Of a stretch of 64,000 nucleotides of DNA, positions 29,197 to 41,400 are shown piece by piece; positions within the stretch are counted from its first letter, which is position 1, and the number at the start of each line of letters is the position of its first letter. Below the pieces are notes generated by a model. It had not been told where the DNA came from. It did not search any database and worked only from the letters and a program-made list of their open reading frames with translations. Both the position numbers and the translations under genes were made by a program. This DNA is from Phyllosticta citribraziliensis. Taxonomy: Eukaryota. The stretch is taken from assembly GCF_038025025.1 (NCBI RefSeq), contig NW_027117345.1:744001-808000 (forward strand), in the 5' to 3' direction.

Positions 29197-32100
29197 TGTT
29201 ACGCGCTGTAGCGCGCGTAGCTTATATTTCTTAGTATCTAGCATTTAGCATTTACTTCTTCTATGTACACTAGCTACTTCTAGTTAGCTTAAGAGTAGAT
29301 AGTTATTCTATATAGGCTATATAATAACTACTCTTACTCCTTACCTATTAATTATTAGTAGTCTATATTAATTTACTCTACTAGGTACTATAATACTATT
29401 AATAGGTCTCTTACTATTTATAAGAGGATAAGACTTATTATCTATCCCTTATTAATAAGTTTTCTTACTTTAATTATACCCTATAAGGTATTAGGTTAAA
29501 ATACTATAGTTTTAGATATACTAGAAATACTAGATATTATTATTTTTATAGTCTATAGCCTTAGATAAGGTATATAAGTAAGATTCTAGACTAAGATAGT
29601 CCTATTAGTAATTGAGATATAATATCTTATTATATTATATAGTTAATAACCTATATAATAGCTAAGAGTAGCTAGTCTACTAATAGTACTATACTATTAG
29701 CTACTCCTTAGATAATACTAATAGCTAGCTAGCTATCTTTAACTACTAGCCTATTATCTAGCTAACCTATTACCTCTTAGGGTAATAATAATAATAAATA
29801 ACCTACTACTACTACTCTAATAATAATATAGCTCTAGGAGTAGATCCTAGGGCTTATATAGGTAATTTATAATAGGGGTAATATACTAGGCTAAGAGGTC
29901 TAGTACTAATTTACTAATCCTAAGTACTAGTCTAATAATAGTATACTAGATAACTACTATATTTAGTATAGTAGTATTAAGGATAAGCTACTCTTTAATA
30001 GCTAGTTTTAGGGTAATATAGACTAAGCTATATATATCTACTCTTATCTAGCTAGTAAGGCTACTTTAGCTATTATTACTATTAATAATAATAATAGTAA
30101 GGATAAATCTAATAACCCTAATACCCTCTAGGCCTTATTAGATAGCTTATATAGTATTTTAGACTAATAAAGCTATACTATTATCTAGCTTATTACTATA
30201 GATTATATCTCTAGCTCTAGGGTAGCTTTTAAGATATTATTATATATATTCTATTTATTAGCTTATTATACTAGCTAGGATAGCTATATATCTAAAGATT
30301 AATTAATTTATAAGCTTTATAGACTACTCTATAATATTACTATTACTAATATTATAAAGGGCTATATAGAGCTATTAGATATCTTAGGCTAAGCTACTAA
30401 TATTAGCTAGGCTTATAAGTATAAGATAGTACTAATACTATAGATAACCCCCTACTATAAGGGTACCCTTTATATAGCTATACTAGCTAGGCCCTCTTAC
30501 TAGACTACTCCTACTATTAAAGGTACTACTAGTAGTATTAAATAGGAGTATTCTAATATACTAGGTAATTATAGCTATTAGTATTATAGTAGCCTAGGGT
30601 ACTAAATTAAGGACTACCCCTATAGTAAACCTATATATTACTAGCTAATTTATACCTATATAGCTACTAGTATAAAGGAGGTTACTAAGGAGTTTATAGA
30701 TATAGTTAAGAATAATCTAGGTATTATTATTATTAGTAGAGGTAATATTATAGATTTAGATAAGATATTAGGAAATAAGTAGCCTCCTATAAAACTACTA
30801 TAAGAGGTAATACCTATAAGATAGCTATTAGTTATTTAATATAATTAAGGAATAGAATTTCTAGTCCTTCTTATTACTCTTATACTATATATATCTATAT
30901 ATATCTTAATATTCTACTATAGCCTATTTATATCCTTATTAACTCTAGCTATACTAGTAGCCTATATATAAGCTAGTCTCTTAAGAGTAAACTTATTACT
31001 ACTAGTACTTAGAAGTAATAGTTATATAAGCCCTAGATAATTAGTAACTATACTTATAGCTAGACCTAATATCTTATCTATAAGCTTATAACTAGGTTAT
31101 TATTTAGCTTAGAATATAGGGAGGATTCTATACTTTTTAATTTATAGGCTTCTATAATAATTATCTAAATTAGTCCTTTATATAATTTATTTATTAGCTT
31201 TAAGTATATATACTAGTTTAGTTTTATACTAAATCTAGGCTATATATTATTAAAGATTAGTAGAGTAAAGTTAGGTAGATTATATTAGTATAATATTAAT
31301 TTAAAAGATAATTTTCTAGCTAAATCTTAAGATATTTTAGTTTAGTATTAGGTAGCCTTTAAACTAATTAAACCCTTACTACCTACTTAAATATTATCTT
31401 AGATATTATAATCTAGTATAGTCTACCTATCTATATCTATAGCTAGCCTATTACTACTTATAACTATAACTATAACTCTTCTCTAGACTAGTAGCTAGTT
31501 ATCTAATAACTACTCCTTACTACTATTACTATCTATAAATAATATTACCTTATCCCTACTATAGCCTACTACTATAACTCCTATTAAGATCTTATATTAT
31601 AGTAAACCTCTCTATAATAACTTACTAATCTCTCCTATATATATTAGTACTAAATAAGTTAGCTAGCTATACTAGTTAATATATTATAAGGTAGGCCTAC
31701 TAAGGGAGCTCTCTTAATTATAATACTACTACTAAGTACCTAAAGATATTTCTATTATTAAGGAGACTATAAGTTAGCTTAATAAATAGAGTTAATCCTA
31801 GGTAAGCTTATTAGCTAATATAGTATTAATTATAGCTTTTAATATAGTCCTACTCTAATAATAGCTTAGTACTAAAGCTTATTCTATCTATATCTTTACT
31901 CCTATTAATAATTTAGAGTATACTAAACTTTATTTATTAGAGCCTATCTTATAAGCCTTTAGTACTAGTAGTAATAAACCTTACCTCTATTATACTATCC
32001 CTTATAAGTATTATAACCTTTTAGATATATTTTATAATACTAACCTACTCCTTTAAGCCTATTTATAGACTAACTTCTATATAGAACTAAAGGATAGTAC

Positions 32101-33457
32101 TAAATCTAAAGACCTTAGTTATATACTACTCTAGTATACTAATAATATCTAATTAGCTAAGATTAAGTAGTATATATAGAAGGGTATTAATCTTAGTATA
32201 TTAGAGCCTAGTAAGGTAGGTATAGCCTTATCTATTTTACTTATAGCTAAGTCTAATAGTAGTATTTATTTCTATATTAATTATTATAAGCTTAATAAAC
32301 TTATAAAGAAGGACTACTATCCCCTTCTATTATTAGATAAGATAATTAGCTAGATAAGAGGTACTAAATATATTACTAAGCTTAATATTAAGTAGGCTTT
32401 CTACTAAATCTATATTATAGACTAGTAGACTAAGGACCTACTTATATTCTAGACCTATTATAGTACCTATAAGTACTTAGTTATACCCTTTAGTATAGCT
32501 AATAGCCCTAGTACCTAGTAATAGTTAATTAATAAGTACCTATTCTACTATCTTAGTAAGTATACTACTATATATCTTAATAATATCCTTATTTATAGCT
32601 AAATACTTATAGATTACTAATAGTATATTAGGGAGGTCCTTACTTAGCTATATAAGTATAGTTTATAAGTTAATATTAATAAGTATAAGTTCTATATCTA
32701 GGAAACCTAGTTTTTAGGTATTATTATCTCTACTAATAGTATTTATATAGACCCCTCTAAGATTAATATAATTATATCTTAGGAGTAGCCTATAATAGTA
32801 AAATAGGTCTAGTCCTTTCTTAGTACTACTAATTTTTACTAGTAATTTATTAAGGACTATAGTAAGACTACTAGGCTATTAATATAACTAATATATAAGG
32901 GTACTAATTAGTAGTAGACTAATATTAAATAATAGTTATTTAATAGTCTTAAGTATACCCTTATAATAGTACTAGTCCTTATCTACTTTAACCTATCTTA
33001 TAAGATAGTTATAGAAATAGACTTATCTAATTAGACTAATAGTAGCCTTCTCTCCTAGTATAATAATAAGTAATATCTTTACCCTATTATATACTACTCT
33101 AAGACTATAGTACTAGCTAAGCTTAATTATACTATCTATAATAAGGAGCTCCTAGCTATTATTTATATCTTAGAGTTATAGGAGCCTAATCTTAAGGCCT
33201 ATTAAATACTATTTATAGTATTTACTATAATTAAGTAGCTAACTTATTATTAAGCCTACTAGGCTAAACTCCTCTTAGAATATAACTTTAAGATTATATA
33301 TTACCCTAGCTATACTAATATTAAGGCTAATATACTTACTTATTATCCTTAGGATACCCCTACTACTAATAACCCCTAGTAGTAAATATAATACTAAACC
33401 CTACTCCTAGCTAGTAAGCTCTTAGCTAGTATATATAAGGACTAGAAGGTAGCCCCT

Positions 33458-33491
<34 letters not shown>

Positions 33492-35245
33492 TATTTATAC
33501 TCTAGTAATTACTTATAGCTAATACTATAGATAATACTAAAATAAATAACTAGAGGTATTATACTAGTAAGCTAGACTTACCCTTTACTATTAATAGGTA
33601 GTAGAATATCTTTATAAATAGCTACCTTATTATATCTACTAAACTCTAGCTACTCCTTATCTATTATATCTATAAGTAGCTACTTACTAGCTACTCTAGC
33701 TAAACTTAGCTATATAACCTCCTAGTACCTTAATTTTAGTTTCCTTACCTTATCTTACTTATATCCTAAGTTATAGATAACTATCTAAATTATATCTATA
33801 TTTATAAAGCTTACCTAGTTATTTTAGGCTAGCTATAGCTACTACCTATTCTATTATAGCTATAGTAGTATATTACTATAGACTTTATTAGCCTATTATT
33901 ATATAGTAAGGGTATAGATACTATCCTAGTTATTTATAACTATTTTAGTAAAGTATAATACTTTATTACTATAAATACTATAAATAATAGGACTATAGCT
34001 AAGGCTATAGCTTATATACTTATAGACTATATCTTTACTATATATAGTTTCCCTCTCTCTATTATCTTAGACTATAGTAACTAGTTTATCTCTTACCTAT
34101 AGGAGGGCCTTACTTATATTATTAGTATTAGCCTAAAGCTATCTATTAGCTATTATCCTTAAACTAATAGCTAGACTAAATAAGTTAATTAGGACCTTAA
34201 GAACTACTTAAAATAGTTTATTAGGTTCTATTAAGATAATTAGTAACTACTACTATCTATTACCTAGTTTATAGCTAATAGTATACTATATAAGAGCCTT
34301 AATAGCTACTCCCCTTTTTATATTTATTATAGCTATAAGCTATAATTTAATTTTAATACTAAAGCTACTATTTATAGTATCTATAGACTAATTATAGATA
34401 CCTATTCTATATAACTATAAACTATATAAGCTATTACCTATACTATATAGTAAGTATAGGATAAAACTAAGTATAGTCTTATAGTTATATAATAGTAAAT
34501 AGCTATCTAAGCTAACTACTAGTATTAGGATTATATTATTAAACTAGGTAAATATATATATATCTATATAGACTATATATATATGCTCTATAGCTATCCT
34601 ACTATACTTAATTTTTATAATAATAGTCTATATTAAGTTACTAATATATATAGTAACTAGGCTATACTATAACTACCTACTAGTTTATATACCTATAATA
34701 AATTTAATATCTTATACCTTATTATTACTAGTAATAACCTATTACCTAGCTAATAACTAGCTAATAGCCTAGCCTTATAAGATAATAAGAATAAGAATAA
34801 GGATACTAATTAGGAAGTAGAGGAGATTATAGGCTATTAGATACTAGCTAATAGGAGGCTCTAGTTTAGGGTAAACTAGACTAATTATCTACTAGACTAA
34901 GTATTTTATAATACTAATAATAGTAAGTTTAATAATACTTATAATATTATCTTATACTATTATAAAAGGTACCTAAACCTTTACCTACTAGCTAGTTAGA
35001 CTAGTAACTAAGTAATAAGGATATTACTTACTAGGAGGGGGGGTAGTATTATATACTATAGTATATATAGCTTATATTTCTTAGTATCTAGTATTTAGTA
35101 TTTACTTCTTCTATATATACTAGCCCCTTCTAGTTAGCTTAAGAGTAGATAGTCATTCTATATAGGCTATATAATAACTACTCTTACTCCTTACCTATTA
35201 ATTATTAGTAGTCTGCATTAATTCGCTCTACTAGGTGCTATAATA
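29197..35245 (+). mobile_element. Element A3, full length, 199-bp LTRs, non-matching flanks
   Basis: LTRs 29197-29395 and 35047-35245; PPT (agga + G-run + tag) at ~35033-35046; RT YLNNILIYS at ~32573-32600; chromodomain (WEVEEI.G....FRVNW..Y) at ~34810-34900; near reverse complement of A1; flanks AAGGG and CTATA. Confidence 0.95.
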
Positions 35246-36637
35246 CTATATAACTACCTATCCTAGTATTATAAAGATATAAAAACTCCTTAAGTAATAT
35301 TACTACTAGCTAGCTATAAATTATATAATTAATATTTATAGATAGGGATACTATATCTACTATTAAATAAAGGAGTTCTATAATAAAGACCTAGGCCTTT
35401 TATAACCCCTAGAGATTCCTACTTAACCCTAGTAATACTTAGCTATAGATTTTAAAGAGATACCTAAGGATTAGAAAGGCTATAATATAATCCTTATTAT
35501 TATAGACTAGTTAAGTTAAAGAACCTTTAGCTTACCTTATATAAAGAAGATTAATATTAAAGGAGTTTCTAGGCTCTTTTATAAATATATCTACTATATT
35601 TATAGAAACCTAGAGTTTATCCTTTTAGACTAAGGCCCTTAGTTTATCTTAGCTTTTATAAATAAACTATATAAGCTAACTAGTATAGAATAGTATTTTA
35701 ACTTATCTTATTACTCTTAAACTAATAGTATTACTAAGATTATTAATTAGTATCTTATATAAAGATTAAGACCCTTTATTAACTACTTTTAGAATAATTA
35801 GTCTAATCTTCTACTATTAATAGACCTTATATAAGTAATACTTTCTTATAAAGCTACTAGACTTTTATCTTTTAAGATTAAATTAGGATATTCCCTATAA
35901 ATATATTATAACTAGTAATAATAAATTAAGACTCCCTAGTAACTAGAAAAGATAGCTTATATAGTAGTATAAATACTATAAAAGAGAAGATAAGAAGCTT
36001 TTAATTTTACTAAGAACCTTATTCTTAAATCCTAAGAGTATATATATTAATAAGCTAATAAGTACTATTATATACTAGACTTTATAGTTAGAGATTATAT
36101 CTATATTAAAAAAATAGGATGGTCTACTAATTAGCTAAACCTTAAATTAGACTTCCCTAATACTAGACCTTTTAAGATTATAGGAATAGAAGGACCCTTC
36201 TATATCCTTAATCTTCCCTTATATATAAAGATAGTTAACCTTTTCTATACTAATAGACTCTATAAAGCTAAAATAGAATAGCTTCCTAGTTAGGAATATA
36301 CTAAACTAGAACCTAAAATTATTTAAGATAAGCCTAAGTAGGAAGTAGACTATATTTAAGCTAGCTAAGTCTTATATAAAAAGCTTTAATACTAAGTCTA
36401 ATAGACTAGATATAACTAAGATAATTAGTAGTATAATATAAGTTCTTTTAATAGTATACTATAGAAAATTAAAGAGTTTTACTCTTTATACCTAGCTATA
36501 GTAGGACTACTAAAAAATCTAGAAAAATAGAAGATTACCTTCCTCTAAGAAGAACTATAGATAGAAATAGAAAGTAATAGTAAAATAAGTTACTTAGGCC
36601 TAAAGTAAATATTATAAAGATATAGAAAGTAGACTAA

Positions 36638-38217
36638 TTAGTTTACTATCTACCCTTATATAAATACTATTAACCTTAACTTCTACTCTCTAGTCTCTCC
36701 TTTTTACTACTTATTTCCTACTATCCCTTTCTTTATTTTCTCTATTTACTTCTTCCCTTTTCCCTTTCCCTTCTTCTTATTATAACTATTATTATATAAG
36801 ATAGTTTCCTCTAGCTCCTCTAGCTTATTAGGTAAGAGGTCCTACTTAGCTAAAGCCTAATTAGTATAATCTTTAGGTATAGCTTAGTTATATAAACCTA
36901 GAAACTCTCCTATATAAATCTTATCTTTATACCTCTTATAACAGGTAGGCAGCTTTATACCCTTTAAGTTACTAATAGTATAGTTAAGGTTACCTATACT
37001 CTAAAGGCAGTTAGTATAGTAGCCCTATAAGAAACTAGGTAGGTAGTAATAACTAATAAATATATAAGTATTAGTATTATTATAATACTTAGTATAGCTA
37101 ATAGGATTATTAATTCTAGTATACTAGATAAGAAAAGTATTATATAAGCTAGTATAGGTTTTAACTAATAAGTAGTTAAATTAGTAAGTAGAAACTATAA
37201 TATATAAGTAAGGTATACTATTACCTAGAGCTAAGATATACTTAGTATACTCTTATACTTTAGGACTACCTAGATAAGCCTATATAGTCAGTTAAGATTC
37301 CTAGTATTAGTAAAGTAAACTTACTTATATAATACTCTCTATATTCTTATAGGGAATATAAAGTATTAACTTAAAGTCCTACTTAATAGGCGCCTTATTA
37401 GAACTAACTAGTAATACTATAATATAGATCTTACTATTACTACTATTATATAAACCTATAGGTACTAAGTACTCAGCTACTAGGACCTAATAAGCTATAG
37501 GATTATAATAATAGTGTGTATAAATAGGCTCCTTATCTTCTTCCTCTAAGATAGGCTATATAACAGTAAACTAGTAATAATATAGTATAATAGTAAGAGA
37601 AGTAGACTAGCTAGTAGCAGGCTATATAGCTAATAGTAATAAACCTTATATAATAACTAATAATACTAATTATATAGAACCTAATACTATAGAATAGTAC
37701 TAGTAAAGTAATAAGCCTATAGCTATTCCTAGCTAAATAAGTAAAGCCTAGCCTAAATATATATTTATATAAGTGTCCTCCTCTATAGTTATATTAGTTA
37801 GTAAGATAGGATAATAAAGCAGTAAAATCTAGATATATAAAGCTACTTAGTAACCTAGATAACAATTAGTAATAGTTTTAAAGAGATAGACTTTACTTAC
37901 CTTATATATAATAGTTCTAATAGATACTACTAGCTAAAATAGCTCTCTAAGTAAGTAGTAACTATAATAGATTATAAATAATACTATATAATAATAACTT
38001 AAGTAGATAAGTCTTATATAATAGTAAGGAATCCTAATAGACTAGACTATAATAAGTAATAGGCAGAGCTAGTATAGCTAGTATAGTAGGTATAGAACCT
38101 TCTTTATTACTCTTAGTAGAGTATAGCTCCTTTAAGCCTATATATAATAGTTAGTTTACTAGATTATAGCTAATTTAGACTAGATAATAATATACTTTAG
38201 TAGGGAACTCTAGATAT
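36638..38217 (-). pseudogene. RIP-inactivated antisense spliced gene in C1 encoding a DUF3716-like Cys6 domain
   Basis: Minus-strand 37150-36975 de-RIPs to NAFLIQ.TG....GC.KC......F.SCR.LPGF..GCCANCLW......CT (one intact TGC codon); introns GTAAGT...CTGAC..TAG at 37324-37280 and GTAAGT...CTAAT..TAG at 37900-37855; basic KKGKGKGK tail at ~36750-36776. Start and stop inferred. Confidence 0.72.
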
Positions 38218-38489
38218 AGCTAAGATAGATAGTAACCTTCTATAGGTTATATAGTAATAGAAGATAGTAATAGAGAAAGATAGTTAGATAATAAAGCTAG
38301 ACTAATAATTATACTTTATAACTATATAGAATACTTAAATTACTAAATTACTACTATTATATATTATAAGGCTATACCTATATAAGCACCTATAGCTACT
38401 AATTCCTATAATTTTAGCTTCTCTTTAGGGGGGGCATATTATAATAGGTATATATATACCTATATAAGTACTAAGGCTAGTATAGATAA

Positions 38490-41400
38490 TGTTATAGGCT
38501 AATAGGTCACCTGATTAGTAGGCTGGTTCTAAGTGACTATCTATCTAATACTAAGGTATATAAGTATAGGAGATAAAGCTAAGTAAGAAGGCTATATAAT
38601 AAGGTATAAGTTAAATTAGTAGGGAGTCTACTTAGGAGTATTAATTATAAGAAAATAAAGATAGCTATTTATAGTATTTATATAATAAGATCCTTTTTAT
38701 ATTCTATTATCTAACTTATCTTAGGAATTATAATAGAAGAAAGGTAGGTACTATAAGAGAAGAGATCTTATCTTAATCCTAAATTATATAGTAGTTTACT
38801 AGCTTATTAGTAGTAATATACTTCTTAAAATTAACTACTTAGCTAAGTCCCTACTATAGGTATAGGAGGTTCTATTCTTATTTCTATTATTATATTAGTA
38901 ATATATATATAGGTATTAGGGTTAAATTATCTAAGTAGCTATAGCTCTTAAGGAGTTAGGTAACTTTAGTATATATAGCTTATAGTTATAGCTAGTAGTT
39001 ATAGTATAGGTATACCTAGTACTTAATACTAAGTAGTATTTAATATAATTATAGGTTTTTTTACTAACCTATAATATTACCCCCCCCTAGGTTTAGCCTA
39101 AGGTATACCTATAAGTAAGAGTAGTTATCTTATTTAGGTATTATACCTTAGTACCTTAGTAGGTATAGATTAGGTTTAAGTATTTAACTCTATATAGGGA
39201 GTTAGTTTATCTTAAAGCTTTTATATATCTAGGATACTAGAGTAGGTACTCTAGTAGGTATACCTATAGCTATACCTATAGGTATAAGTCTAGTATAAAG
39301 GCTTTCTACCTCTATTTCTAGCTCTAATCTTTATTACTATACTTATTATACCCTACCTCTTATCTTCTTTAATAAGTTTACCCTTAGCCTATAGTATAGT
39401 CTTAACTAATTAATAATCTAAAGCCTTTATTATAACTAGCTTTACCCTAATTAATTATCCTATAGGTTCTAGTAGTTCTAGTTATTCTAGTAATATAAAT
39501 AGTAGTTTATAAGGTAAGTAAAACCTTATCCTTAAGGTTTAAGTATTTAGTACTAATAATTTATATAGCTAGTAGTAATAGTTCCTCTAATAGCTCTTTA
39601 GAGTTTATACCTTTATATCCTTTAATACCTACTCCTACTAGGTAGCCTTATACTACTAGTCCTATATATACTCTTACTTACTTAGTTACTTTATCTATAT
39701 ATACTATACTATATAACTATACTACTCCTTCTAGTAGTATTTCTACTACTACTTATTATTATCCTTAGGCTTATTAATCTAAGTATATATATCCTAGTAT
39801 TAGTCCTTCCTATAGCTCTATTAGTCTAGTTATAGGCCCTTCTAATTATTTATCTTTACCTTATTACCTTTACTATTACCCCTTACCTATATATAAAGGA
39901 AAGGGAAGAGCTAAGGAAGAGTTTAGTTTTAAGAGTTTTAGTAGGGGTTCTTTAAACTTATCTTTACTAGAACCTAAACTTAAAGGATTTAATAAAGGTA
40001 GTATATATATCCTATACTTAGGGGAGGTTTAGGCTACTTTAAATAAGGTAAGTAATCTATCTATTCCTTTAGCCTTAAGTTATACTAATAGAATTCTAGG
40101 CTCTAGGAAGTAATATTACCTATAGTATATATAAGGAGCTCCTATTATTACCCTATAGCTATATTAGTATTTTTATAATTCCCTCTATTTTAATAAATAA
40201 CCTAGTATATTATTATTTATAAGCCTCTATTATAGCTATTTAGTTTACTAGTATCCTATAGGCTATAGATTATAAGTATTATATATATATAATACTACTA
40301 GGTAGTATTTACTATCTATTTATTAGTTATTACTAGGTCCCTAGCTCCTTTAGTAGTAGCTATAGTAACTATAAGTAGGATAATAATACTTTCTTTTATA
40401 GTATATATAATCCTAATAACTATATTTATAATAGCTAGTATAATCTATTAGGTAAGGTCCCTAATTATTTAGATAACTTTATAGCTAGTCTTAGTAGTTT
40501 ATCCTTAAAGGATAAGCCTATACTAGATACTAGAGCTTCTTTATCTAAAGAGACTAAGGCTAGCCCTACTAGTCTATTTATTAATATACCTTTACCTATA
40601 TATATATTAACTATTCTATCTACTAGTCCTATTTCTACTATATTTACTACTTCTTTACCTAGTAGTACTACTCTTCCTAAGTAGGAGGTAATAGTTCTAT
40701 ATATACCTATAGAACTTCCTAGTTATATAGCTCCTATAGTCCCCTTAATAGCCTACTCTTCTTTATCCTTACCTATACCTAGTAAGTATATTCCTTCTAA
40801 TAAGCTAGGCTCTTCTTCTTTATCTAGTATATCTTCTTTATCTAATAAGTCTAGTAGTAGTAGTACTAGCCTACTAGCTCTAGTATATATAGCTTTTCTA
40901 TCTACTCCTAGTTCTTCTACTACTATACTACTATAGATTTCTAGTCTTAAGATATCTTCCTTATCTCCCTTATTATTACTATTACCTACTCCTATAGTAC
41001 CTATTTATACCTATACCTATATCTAGCTTATATATAGTTCTAGTACCCCTTATAGTTTCCTAGTTAGTTATTTTAATAATAATACCTTTATAGACTACTA
41101 GGGTATACCTCTACTATTATATAGTTTAGGTAATTAGCTTTAGGCTAAGGCCCTTACCTATTAGTCTAAGGCTAAGAGTTTATAGGAGGGGGAGGAGGAA
41201 GAGCCTTAATAGTCTATTTTCTTAGTATATAGTAGGTTTCTCCTAGGGGTATCTTACTTTTTCTAGTAGTATTAGAGGGTATAATTTTAGTTAGTAGCTT
41301 AGAGAGTAGGCTTATTATCCTTTATAGTATCTTTATAATCTAGCTTATATACTACTATATTCTTCTAGTCTTATAAGTATTTTAATAGTCCTAGTATCTT

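Noticed and set aside
33461..33490. (AAT)10 tract, 7 units in A1
   Set aside because: In-frame, probably RIPed Asp-codon linker in pol; ordinary slippage.
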